NCBI GenBank assembly: GCA_963785305.1
Contig: CAWAUV010000001.1
Location: forward strand, 32,001-96,000
Source: an uncultured Planctomycetaceae bacterium
GTDB taxonomy: Bacteria > Planctomycetota > Planctomycetia > Pirellulales > PALSA-1355
Length of the DNA stretch: 64,000 bases
Reading direction: 5' to 3'
Under the pieces are notes generated by a model that saw nothing but the letters and a program-made list of their open reading frames with translations, searched no databases and was not told the origin of the DNA. This document shows, in pieces, positions 53,817 through 64,000 of the stretch (the stretch's first letter is position 1; each line of letters opens with the position of its first letter). A program made the position numbers and the translations under genes.

Positions 53817-55190
53817 TCAGCGCTCGAAAGCACCCACATCGGGCGCCGCGCCGTCGAAGGGCTCGCCGAGATCGACGCCGCGATCCACCAAGCGGCTCCC
53901 GTCCGACGGATGCAATAGCGAGATCGTGGGCAGCGCACCATCGTTCGCGCGTGGGTGCAGCAGTTCACTTTCATCGAGACTCGCGAAATCGCGGTCCGTG
54001 AGCTCCAAAGGCATGTCAAACGAGTCGCCCGCCGCGTCGCAGCGAGCGGCGTCGTAGCGCGAGATCGCCACTCGCGAGCCATAAGCGAGATTGTTGCGTA
54101 GGCGGTGGTCAAATCCGTCGATATCCGTGCGATTGTCCGGCAAGCGGGCGAGCATGTTGAAATTCGTGCCATTGCGGTAAGCCGTGTTGGCGATCCAGTC
54201 GCTGCCGCCCGGATGGTGGTTCGCATAGAAGCCGCTGGCTTTATTGCGCGCCGCCAGCGAGCGGCGGGTCATGTGGCGGGGAATCGTCGTCGGCAGCTTT
54301 TCGGCCGGTGTCGTGCCGTAGCCGCCCGCTTTGAAGCCATTGCCATCGCCCAACGAGGCGAAGTCGGGCGAGAAGCCGTTGTAAAACGCCCAGCAGTGGT
54401 CGAAAGTCACGGTCTCGCGCGCCCCGATGCAGTCGAAGCCATCGTCGCTGTTGAACCAAGCTCGGCAACCGCGAAACACATTGCCCTTGGCGCCCGCGGG
54501 CGGATGGCAACCGAAACCATCGACATTGCCGCCCTTTCCATCCTCGGAAGTGAAGTCGTGGTTCCGGTAGGCGTCGCAGTTGAGAAAAAGATTGTCTCCG
54601 CCGCGAACGCTGTAGACGCCGATCGCTTGCCCGTCGTGGATGCCGAGCCGTTCGTAGATGTTGTGAGCGCCATCGTTTTCGAATCCGATCGACTGCGTAT
54701 GGCCGCGGATCGTCACCTGCATTCCGATCACCTCGAGCCCCCGCAAATGCAGCCACGAGCCGCCAATATGAAAAGCGTCGACCCGCAGGCCCTCGGGCTT
54801 CACGGCCGAATAGTCGAACACGGGGCGTTCCTCGGCGTAGGCCCAGTAGCGAATTGGCTTGCCGGGCTCGCCGCTTTTATCGAGGCTCGTGACATAGGCG
54901 ATCTGGTTGCGGCGCCGCGCGATATGATCTTCCGACATCGCATAGGTTCCACCTCGCACATACACGGTGTCGCCCGGCGCCGCCGTGCGCTCGCCGCGCT
55001 GGATGGTGGCGAAGGGGCTTTCGAGCGAGCCGGCGTTGGCGTCGCTGCCGGTGGGCGCGACAAAAAACATCGCGGCCTTCGCGCTCGCCGACGCGACCCA
55101 CGGCAAAACCCAAGCAAGCGCCGCCCCGCATGAAACGGCAATGATGGCCCGGAGCGCTCGGGTTGCTCGACGCTCAAGCGAGCGATGCAT
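53817..55190 (-). CDS. Secreted right-handed beta-helix protein, polysaccharide lyase family 9-like
   Basis: FFVAPTGSDANAGS...PFATIQ, PGDTVYVRGGTY, GNVDGFG, NSDDGFD, GDGNGFKAGG. Confidence 0.85.
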   Translation of the reverse strand: MHRSLERRATRALRAIIAVSCGAALAWVLPWVASASAKAAMFFVAPTGSDANAGSLESPFATIQRGERTAAPGDTVYVRGGTYAMSEDHIARRRNQIAYVTSLDKSGEPGKPIRYWAYAEERPVFDYSAVKPEGLRVDAFHIGGSWLHLRGLEVIGMQVTIRGHTQSIGFENDGAHNIYERLGIHDGQAIGVYSVRGGDNLFLNCDAYRNHDFTSEDGKGGNVDGFGCHPPAGAKGNVFRGCRAWFNSDDGFDCIGARETVTFDHCWAFYNGFSPDFASLGDGNGFKAGGYGTTPAEKLPTTIPRHMTRRSLAARNKASGFYANHHPGGSDWIANTAYRNGTNFNMLARLPDNRTDIDGFDHRLRNNLAYGSRVAISRYDAARCDAAGDSFDMPLELTDRDFASLDESELLHPRANDGALPTISLLHPSDGSRLVDRGVDLGEPFDGAAPDVGAFER

Positions 55191-55214
55191 GATTTTCGAT
55201 CCTTCCGGGGGCTT

Positions 55215-55528
55215 TCAATGTCCGCTCATCGAGCGCGCCTGGGCCATGGCGTCCTCGGCCTCGCGAATCTTGCCGGCCCGCTGATACGTCACGCTCAGAG
55301 CCGTGAAGCTAAACGCATCGTTCGGATCGAGTTCGCACACGCGGAGCGCGTGGCGGATCGCTTCGTCCGGCGCTTGAGTCGTGTGTAGAGCACCGCGAGG
55401 GCCGAATGGGCCAACGCATAGTCGGGCTCTTGGGCCGTGAGCTCGAGCAGCTTGGCCACCGCTTCCTCGTTGTTGCCGCTGTTCCTCAGGCGATCGGCTT
55501 CATCGTACAAGTCTTCCTTGGTCCGCAT
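55215..55528 (-). CDS. Small TPR protein, frameshift ~55370
   Basis: MRTKEDLYDEADRL...YALAHSALAVLY, then (manual) DEAIRHALRVCELDPNDAFSFTALSVTYQRAGKIREAEDAMAQAR*. Confidence 0.75.
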
Positions 55529-55646
55529 GCGTGAGAGTCTCCAAATTGGCGAAAGGGAATATCGAAACTCGGCGAAGCGACTCGCGCGAATCGCCGCCTC
55601 GAAAAACAGATGGATCGTGGAGCGTTGGAATGATCGGGCGCTTGTT

Positions 55647-57287
55647 TTATTTCGTCGCGGAGCTCGGCTCCGCGGCGGATTTCGCCGCGGCCTTGCCGTT
55701 TTGCGGCTTGAGCCACTGGTCCCATTGCTGGAGTGTCTTGTCGTGGTGCAGGCGTCCGCTCTTGTTGATGATTTGCCGAATCCAGTTACCCATCTGCGGA
55801 TCGAGAAAACGCCGCCGCGGCCAAAGTTCGGCCAGTTTGCTCGCCGCCGCCGCGGAGTCGCCCGCATGGTAAAGCACGACCGCCGAGCCGGCCAAGCCAA
55901 AGGATTCGAACTCGGCTTCGAGGTCCGATTCCTTGCTGCCCGCCGGCGCTCCAAAGCCTTTGAGCTGTCGCACTTGGTCATCGTCGAGGTCTTCGAGTTT
56001 ATCGAAAAGCGGCAGCGCTCGCGAATAATCCTCTTGCTGCAAATACATGCGCGCAAGCTGCTGCTCGGCGCGAAGGTCGAAGTACGTGCCCGGATAATAA
56101 TCGCTCACGGCCCGCCAAGCTTCTTCATTGTCGGCGAAGAGGGCATAAACATATTGCGCCTCGGCCGATTTCTGACGCTCGACCGGCGCCTTGCTCGAAG
56201 TCGCCAGCGGCGCGAGCGGCGATTGGCGCCGCGACCAAGACCAACCGAGTCCCGCGAAAAAAGCCGCCAACACCGCGATCATCGCCAGCCGACGGCCGCG
56301 CGTGCGCGCCGGGTTTTTCGAACGGCGCGCGCATCAGCCCCGAGAGTTGGGCCACCGAGGCTTGCCGGGTTGCGCGGCGCCGCTCGCGTCGTCGCCGCGC
56401 CAGTGCTCGACCAGCGCCAAGTCATCGGCGGCTCCGCGGCTCTCGGGCAGCGACCTCAAGTCTTGCAGCAGCGCACGGGCCGATGCATAGCGGTCGGCCG
56501 GGTTCTTGGCCAACATCTTATGAATAATGCGGCACACTTCGAGCGGCAGATCGGGCCGCGCATGCTCGAGCGGCGCGGGAGTATTCTGCAAATGCTGCAC
56601 CGCCACGCTGAGCGCCGTGTCGCCGCGAAAGGGTGTTTGACCCGCGAAAATCTGGTAGCAAGTCACGCCGAGCGAATAAATATCGCTTCGCGGATCGAGC
56701 GACCGGCCCTCGACCTGCTCGGGGCTCATGTAGAGCGGCGTGCCCATCGTGAAACCGGCCTGGGTCAGGTTCGACGAAACATCATCGTCGCGCAGCCGCG
56801 CGAGTCCGAAATCGGCCACCTTCACTTCGCCATGCTCGTTGAGCATGATGTTTTCGGGCTTGATATCGCGATGCACGATGCCCTGCTCGGCCGCTTTTTG
56901 GAGCGCCGCCGCCACTTGACGCATGATCGAAAGCGCCACCGGCAGTTCGGGCATGCCGCTGCGAGCCAGGGCCTGCTGCAAGTTGTAGCCCGGCACATAT
57001 TCTTGGGCGATAAAATGCACGCCATCGACACAGCCGACTTCGTAAATTTGCACGATATGGGCATGAATCAGCGACGCCGCGGCTTGCGCTTCGCGCACAA
57101 AGCGGCGCACATACGTATCGTCGCCCGAAAGCGACTCGCGGAGCACTTTGAATGCCACTCGGCGCTTGAGCGAGACCTGCTCGGCCAAATACACCTCGGC
57201 CATGGCGCCGCAGCCCAGCCGGCGCAGCAAATGATAGTCGCCCAGGCGGCGGCCAGCCAAATCTTGCTCGGTGGGAGATTCGGTCAT
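55647..57287 (-). CDS. Hanks-type Ser/Thr protein kinase with TM and extracytoplasmic C-terminus, frameshift ~56340
   Basis: LGCGAMAEVY, VAFKVL, HRDIKPEN, ADFGLAR, GTPLYMSPEQ, SDIYSLG; TM MIAVLAAFFAGLGW. Confidence 0.9.
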
Positions 57288-57554
57288 GAGGGGAATCGAA
57301 GCGTTCTGAGAGGGAAAACCCCGGCGCCGACGCGGTTCAAACTGCTTCAGTATGCCCCGCGCACGCGCGAATGACAACCAAGCGCCGCCGAGATCCGGCC
57401 CGGCGCGAATAATGCTTTCCCGGGAGAAAAGCACCCCCGCAAACGCCTCCGCTCACCGCGCGGAGCCGACCCGCGCTACTCGCCCCGGCTCGCCGCGGTT
57501 GTCCGCCAAAAGCAAATTCGGACAATTCGGCCGCGGGAGATCCGTCGGCGAACC

Positions 57555-57583
57555 TTGACAATTTCTCGCCGGCGTCCTAGATT
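57555..57583 (+). promoter_or_regulatory. Sigma-70-type promoter of tex
   Basis: TTGACA-N17-TAGATT, 66 bp upstream of the ATG. Confidence 0.6.
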
Positions 57584-57649
57584 GCCTGTTCGCTTTCTAA
57601 CTCCCCCAAAGCATTCCGTTGCGTTGCCTCCGCGCGCGACGCACCCGGC

Positions 57650-60427
57650 ATGGGCCTTGCTATTCGTCCCGCCATCGATCTCCCCGCGGTGGCGCAATCG
57701 CTGAATCTCTCGCTGGCGCAGGTCACGGCCGTGGCCTCGCTATTCGACGACGGCAACACCGTGCCGTTTATTACCCGCTACCGCAAGGACCAGACCGGCG
57801 GTCTCGACGAAGAGCAGGTTCGCGAAATCCAGTCGCGGCTCACGCGGCTCAAATTGCTCGCCGAGCGCAAGCAAACCATCCTTCGCTCGATCGAGTCGCA
57901 GGGCAAACTCACTCCCGAGCTGGCCGCCGAGATCGAAAACGCCGACGGCGCCAAGCAGCTCGAAGACCTGTACCTGCCGTTCAAGCCCAAAAAGCAAACC
58001 CTCGCGACCACGGCCCGGGAACGTGGCCTCGAGCCGCTGGCCGACGAAATCGTGGCGGCGGAATGCCAGAATCTCGACTCGCGAGCCGCCGATTTCGTGA
58101 ATCCCGACCGCGGCGTGCCCACCCCGGCCGACGCGCTCTTGGGCGTGGGACATATTCTTGCCGAGCGGTTCAGCGAGCGGGCCGACCTGCGGCGCCGGCT
58201 CCGCAAGATCGTCAATCGCACGGGCCGGCTCGCCAGCGCGCGCGGCGAGGGCGATGAAAAAGCGGCGCAGGGCTTTCGAGACTATTTCGAATTCGGCGAG
58301 CCGCTCGAACGCGTGCCGCCGCATCGCGTGCTGGCGATCAATCGCGGCGAAAAAGCGAAATTTCTCCGCGTCAAAGTCGAAGTCGACCTCGACGCCATGC
58401 ACCAAGCGGCCGACGAACTGCTTGTGCCTCCCAGCCATCCGCATGCCGACTTTCTGCGCGGCTGCGCCCGCGACGCGCTCTCGCGGCTCGTGGTCCCGAG
58501 CCTTGAACGCGAAGTGCGCCGCGAGCTCACCGACTGGGCCGAGTCGCATGCCGTGCATGTGTTTGCCCGCAATCTGCGCAACTTATCTGCTGCAGCCGCC
58601 CGTGCGACATCGTCGCGTGCTGGCGATCGATCCGGGCTTCAAGAGCGGATGCAAGCTCGCCGCGCTCGACGAATTCGGCGCGCTCCTGGACCAGGCGGTC
58701 GTGCATATCGTGGGCAAGGCCGAGCGGCGCGAGCAAGGCAAGCTCAAAATCGTCGAGATGGTCAAGCAGCACCAGCTCGCGCTGATCGCGATCGGCAACG
58801 GAACCGCGTGTCGCGAGACCGAAGAACTTGTGACGGAGCTGATCGCCGGCGAATTGAGCGGCGCGGGCGTGGCGTATGTGATCGTGAACGAAGCCGGCGC
58901 CAGCGTCTATTCCACGAGCCCGCTCGGCCGCGAGGAGTTGCCCGCCTTCGACGCCACGGTGCGAAGCGCCGTGTCGATCGGCCGCCGGCTGCAAGACCCG
59001 CTTTCGGAGTTGGTGAAGATCGACCCGGCCAGCATCGGTGTCGGTCTCTATCAGCACGATGTCAAAGCCAAGCATCTGCGCGTGTCGCTCGACGCCGTGG
59101 TCGAGTCGTGCGTCAACTACGTGGGCGTCGACCTGAATACGGCCAGTCCGGCGCTCTTGCGATATGTTTCGGGCCTGAATCAATTGACGGCGCGGCGCCT
59201 GTTCGACTATCGCCAGCAACATGGCCCGTTTCGCAATCGCGAACAACTGCGCGATGTGCCGGGTTTCGGCGACGCGACCTTCGTGCAGTCGGCCGGCTTC
59301 TTGAAAATCAACGGCGACAATCCGCTCGACGCAACTTGGATTCACCCTGAAAGTTACGAACTGGCCGCCCGGGTGCTCGAGCGCGTCGGCGAGGCGCCGA
59401 CCGGACTCGCCGACAAGGAAAGCATGACCCGCATCGCGGAACGCTCGGCGGCGCTCGATGTCGAGCCGCTGGCGGTCGAATGGGGCGCCGGGCGCTCTTG
59501 CTCCGCGATATTCTCGCCCAACTGATCCGCCCGGGCCGTGATCCACGCGAAGACCTGCCGCCGCCGATCTTCAAGCAAGGCGTGCTCAAGCTCGACGATC
59601 TGTCGCCGGGCATGGAGCTGACGGGCGCCGTGCTCAATGTGGTCGACTTCGGCGCGTTCGTCGATATCGGGCTCCATGACACCGGGCTCGTGCATATCAG
59701 CCAGCTCTCGACGAAGTTCGTGCGTGATCCGCATGAAGTCGTGTCGGTGGGCGACATCGTGCGTGTTTGGGTGCATGAGATCGACAAAACTCGTCGCCGG
59801 GTGTCGCTGAGCATGATTCCGCCAGGCGCGGAGCGAAGCGCTCGCGAGCGCGGACCGAATCGCGGTCGTTCCGCGGGCGAAGGCGGCGAGCAGCCGGCCG
59901 ATGGCTCGGGCGAGAATCGTCGCGGCGATGGCCAACGACGCGGCCGCAGTCGCTCGGATCGAGCGCGGCGCGGTGGGGCCGAGCGTGGCGCCGCGGCCAG
60001 CGGCGCCACGGTCCCCGCGGTCGCTTCTCCGAGCGAGGCGCAGCTCGAACCGGCGCTACAGGGCGCCGCGGGGCAAGACCCCGGGCAGCAGGGCTCGGCG
60101 CGGCAGGGTGGACCGCGGCAAGGCGGGCGATCGCAAGGGCCCGGCCGGCAAGGGCAATATCGACAAAATCAGAATCGACCGGGTGGCGGGCGAAATCAAC
60201 AAGGCGGCAATGATCGCGGCGGTCAGCAGCGTCGATCGCAGGGCGCGGCGTCACGTCCACCGAAGCCGGCCCGTCCTCCGAAGCCGCTCCCGCCGCTGAC
60301 CAAGGACATGAAGGCGGGCAAAGAGCCGCTGCGAACATTCGGCGATCTCAAACAATTCATGGAGCTCAAGAGCCAACCCGATTCGCCGCCGAGCGACGCC
60401 GATGGCGGAAGCGAGCCGAAAAGCTAA
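57650..60427 (+). CDS. tex: Tex transcription accessory protein (Tex_N, YqgF, HhH, S1), frameshifts ~58585 and ~59490
   Basis: GNTVPFITRYRKDQTGGLDE, LEDLYLPFKPK, LAIDPGFKSGCK, VNEAGASVYS, RRLQDPLSELVKIDP, NVVDFGAFVDIG. Confidence 0.93.
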
Positions 60428-60907
60428 TGGACTTTCAAAAGCGGTTGGAAAAAGCGGTCGAGCGCGGCAAGCGCGTATTCGAGGCCCGCGCAGGCCGAGG
60501 CTGAAAAGGCGCTCAGCGAAGAAGAGCTAAAGCGGCTGCACTCGCAATATCGGCTTGAATTTTCCGAGCATATCGAGTCGTGTTTGCAGCAGATCGCCCA
60601 GCAGTTTCCCGGCTTTCAAATGGAATTGATCGTGGGCGATCGCGGTTGGGGCGCGGCGATCCGGCGCGACGATCTGTCGCTGGGCGGGGGCCGGCGTTCG
60701 AACTTCTACAGCCGGTTGGAAATGACGATCCGCCCGTTTTCCCCGTCGCATGTCGTCGAGCTCGCCGCCAAGGCCACGGTGCGAAACAAGGAGATTTTCA
60801 ACCGCAGCCAATATCAGCCGCTGGGCAAGGCCGATGCCCAGTCGTTCCACGACCTGATCGATATGTGGGCGCTCGAATATGCCGAGGCCTATGCCATGGG
60901 CGACTAG
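60427..60907 (+). CDS. Conserved hypothetical protein, frameshift ~60492
   Basis: TAATG overlap with the tex stop; MDFQKRLEKAVERG...LSEEELKRLHSQYRL continuing into ORF 60584..60907. Confidence 0.7.
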
Positions 60908-61284
60908 CCGCGGCCGGTTCGGCTGGGACAAACGGGCGATTTGGCGCTAGGCGCCTTGTTATCCGGCGCCGCTCGCCTTGTGAACGTCCAGTTGCTTCGC
61001 CGGGCCGACAGCGAAAAACGCGGGCGTTCGGCTGTTCTTCGGCAAAATCGTGGGCTAGATTAGCGACCCTTTATTTTTTTCCCGAGTGGCATGCCGCTTG
61101 AACACACTGTGCGAATTCGCCCCGATCTCCGGACCCAACCGAGTCGTTCGCCCCGAGGCGATTTCCGCGGTCGGGCCCTGGGTGAATCCTCCATGCGTTT
61201 CGATTCAAACTCATCAACCCATGCCACGCCGCGCCGCTTAAACCAGGTTCGGCAAGCGGTAATCTTTCGGGAGCGCTGTTCGTA

Positions 61285-64000
61285 ATGACCAAAGACGACG
61301 ATCTCTTGCGCCGCGACGTGCGGCTGCTCGGCGACATGCTCGGACGCGTAATCACCGATCTGGCTGGCGACGACGCCTTTCAACTCGTCGAACAAATTCG
61401 CTTGCTCTCTCGCCAGCGGCGCGCCGGCGCCCCGGAGGCCGAGGGCCTGCTGGCCGCCAAGATCGCGGAGCTCGACTACGATTCGGCGCGCACCGTGGCC
61501 CGCGCATTCAGCATTTTTTTCGATCTGGCCAATATCTCCGAAGACCGCCAACGGGTGCGGGTGCTCCGCGCGAGAAAAGAGCGCGACCCGGCGCCGCTCT
61601 CCGAGTCGCCGGGAGCCGCCATCGGCGAGCTCAAGCGGCGCGGCTTCACGACCGTGGCGGTGCAGCAGGCGCTCGATGCGCTTTCGATCGAGCTCGTGTT
61701 CACGGCGCACCCGAGCGAAGCCAAGCGACGGTCGATTCGCGGCAAGCTTCGCCGCATGCGACATCAATTGCAGGAATACGATCGGGCGGATCTCGTGCCG
61801 CGCGAGCGTCGCACGCTCGAAACACAGCTCCTCGCGGAGCTCGCGGTCTTGTGGCAGACCGAGTTCCTGCGGCCGGTGCGTCCCACGGTGCTCGAAGAAG
61901 TGGAGCGTGGGCTCTCGATCATGCCGCGGCTTTGGGAGGTCGTGCCGGGGGTGTATCAGGCCATGCGGCGGGCGCTGGCCGAGCATTATCCCGATCACAC
62001 GTTTCATGTGCCGGTCTTCTTGCGATTCGGCTCCTGGATGGGCGGCGACCGCGATGGAAATCCGAATGTCACGACCGAGGTCACGGCCCGCACTCTTTGC
62101 CGGTTGCGGAGCGCGGCGATCGATCACCATTTGGCGATCGCCCGGCGGATGTATGACTACCTTACCGTCTCGCTCGAAGCCGATCCCGGCGCCGCGGAAT
62201 TCGGCGCGCGCGTCGACGCGGCGATTTCCCGCTGGCCGGCGCTCGAGGAAAAGCTGGCCGATGTGGCGCCGCGCGAAGTCTACCGTCGCTGGATCCGCGT
62301 GATCGAATTTCGGCTCGAACAATCGCGAACCGCGAATATCGAAGCCCCCGCGCTGGCGGGAAACTATTTCGATCCCGAGGAGTTCACGGCCGATATCGCG
62401 GCGATCGTCGAGCGACTCGCGGCCACTGGCGATCGGCTGGGGCTCGATATCGAGGCCCAGCGCTGGCTCGATCTGGCGCGGGCCTTCGGCCTGCATCTCA
62501 CACGGCTCGACATCCGCCAAGATTCGCGGCGCTATCTGGAAGTGATGCACGAAGTGCTTGCCGCCGCGGGCGTGGTCGACGACTTCATGGCGCTCGACGA
62601 GCCGGCCCGCGTCGCGGCGCTGGCGCAAAGCATGGGCTCGGTTCCGGCGTTCGCCATCGCGAAGCTTTCACCGCTGGCGCACGACACGCTCGAACTCTAT
62701 CGGCTGCTCCAACGGGCAAGCGTGCGCTTCGGCGCGATCGCGCTGGGCGACAATGTGATTAGTCTTACTCAAGCGGCGAGCGATGTGTTTAGCGTGCTCT
62801 GGCTCTGGCGATGGGCGCAGGCCGAGGCCGAACGGCGCGGCGAGCCGCGCGCCCGCGCGATCTGACGATTTCTCCGCTCTTCGAAAAAATCGGCGATCTC
62901 GAACGCGCCCCGGCCACGCTCGAAGCCATGCTCGCCGAGCCCGTGTACGCCGAACATTTGGCCGGCGCCGGCAATCGGCAACCGGTCATGGTCGGCTATA
63001 GCGACAGCACCAAGGACGGCGGCTATCTGGCTGCTTGCTGGGGACTCTTTCTCGCGCAAGCGCGCTGCAACAAGCAGCGGCCAAGCATGGCGTGCAAATC
63101 ACGTTTTTCCATGGCCGCGGTGGCTCGCTCGGCCGCGGCGGCGGCCCGGCCGCGCGCGGGATTCTCTCGTTGCCGAAGCCCTCGCTCAATGGTTCGCTAC
63201 GGCTCACCGAGCAAGGCGAAGTGCTAGCCGAACGCTACGACGATGTGCAGATCGCCTTCCGCCATCTCGAGCAAGTGACCTGGGCCACGTTGATCGGCGC
63301 CACGAGCGATCAACCGCCGCCCGAACCGGCATGGCTGAAGATCATGCAGCGGCTCTCGGATCGCTCGCTCGCGGCTTATCGGGAGCTGGTCGATCAGCCC
63401 GGCTTCATGCAGTTTTTCGTGGCCACCACGCCGATCGAGGAAATCGAGGAGTTGCCGATCGGCTCGCGCCCTCGCGCCGCCGCGGCGAACGCACGCTGGG
63501 CGATCTGCGCGATTCCGTGGGTGTTTTCCTGGACCCAAAACCGCTGCATTATTCCAGCTTGGTACGGGCTCGGAGCGGCGCTCGCCGAGCTGAAGACGAC
63601 CGACGATGTCGCTTGGCGCACGGTCGGCGCCATGTATCGCGACTGGCCGTTTTTTCGCGCCGCGATCGACAACGCCGCCTTGGCCCTGGTCAAGGCCGAC
63701 ATGTTCGTCGCCAGCCGTTATGCGGATCTCGTCGAGTCGGAGGAGGTCCGCGCGGCCTGCTGGTCGCGAGTGGTGGCTGAATTTGGCCGCACTCGGCAAG
63801 CGGTCGTCGAGCTCATGGGCGGCGATTCCTTGCTCGGCGCCATGCCCTGGCTCGAACGTTCGATCGAGGCGCGAAACCCTTATGTCGATCCGCTGAACTT
63901 GATTCAAATCGAGTTCATGCGCCGTCGCCGGGCCAAGGCCGCTGGCGAACTCGACGCCGCCGAGGCCGAGACGTTGCGCAATCTGCTGCGGCTTTCGGTG
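61285..64000 (+). CDS. ppc: Phosphoenolpyruvate carboxylase, frameshifted, 3' end beyond window
   Basis: LRRDVRLLG, VFTAHPSE, SWMGGDRDGNPNVT, LDIRQDS, PLFEKI, VMVGYSDSTKDGG, FHGRGG, TEQGE, AIPWVFSWTQ, RNPYVDPLN. Confidence 0.95.

Noticed and set aside
61087..61102. Sigma-54-like TGGCATGCCGCTTGAA upstream of ppc
   Set aside because: The -12 element is GA rather than GC; too weak without TSS data

Overview
High-GC bacterial chromosomal segment. Gene content (DUF1080, PVC-type CxxCH heme protein, Gly-rich TPR surface protein, FGE-domain protein) suggests Planctomycetota, Pirellulales-like. It carries about 45 genes, many split by 1-2 nt frameshifts, including holB, nuoD, ppc and tex; this points to long-read consensus errors rather than decay. 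Main accessory features: (1) a five-gene minus-strand operon (6.9-16.9 kb) with two circularly permuted type-2 ATP-grasp ligases, two Alpha-E domains, two transglutaminases with intact Cys-His-Asp triads and a DUF2126 amidoligase. It sits behind a near-consensus sigma-54 promoter and is a predicted but biochemically uncharacterised peptide-ligation/tagging system, here without the Anbu peptidase. (2) An apparently circularly permuted alkaline phosphatase. (3) A collapsed genomic island (32.5-35.3 kb): an IS3-family element with 46-bp imperfect IRs, no target duplication and a hairpin-rich 3' non-coding tail, plus a truncated excisionase-like HTH, integrase arm-like repeats and a 3'-half tRNA-Leu(CAA) att site. 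(4) A nuoA-nuoC-nuoD cluster lacking nuoB, an orphan kdpD and a stand-alone type III PKS. Family calls come from motif recognition only; no searches were run.
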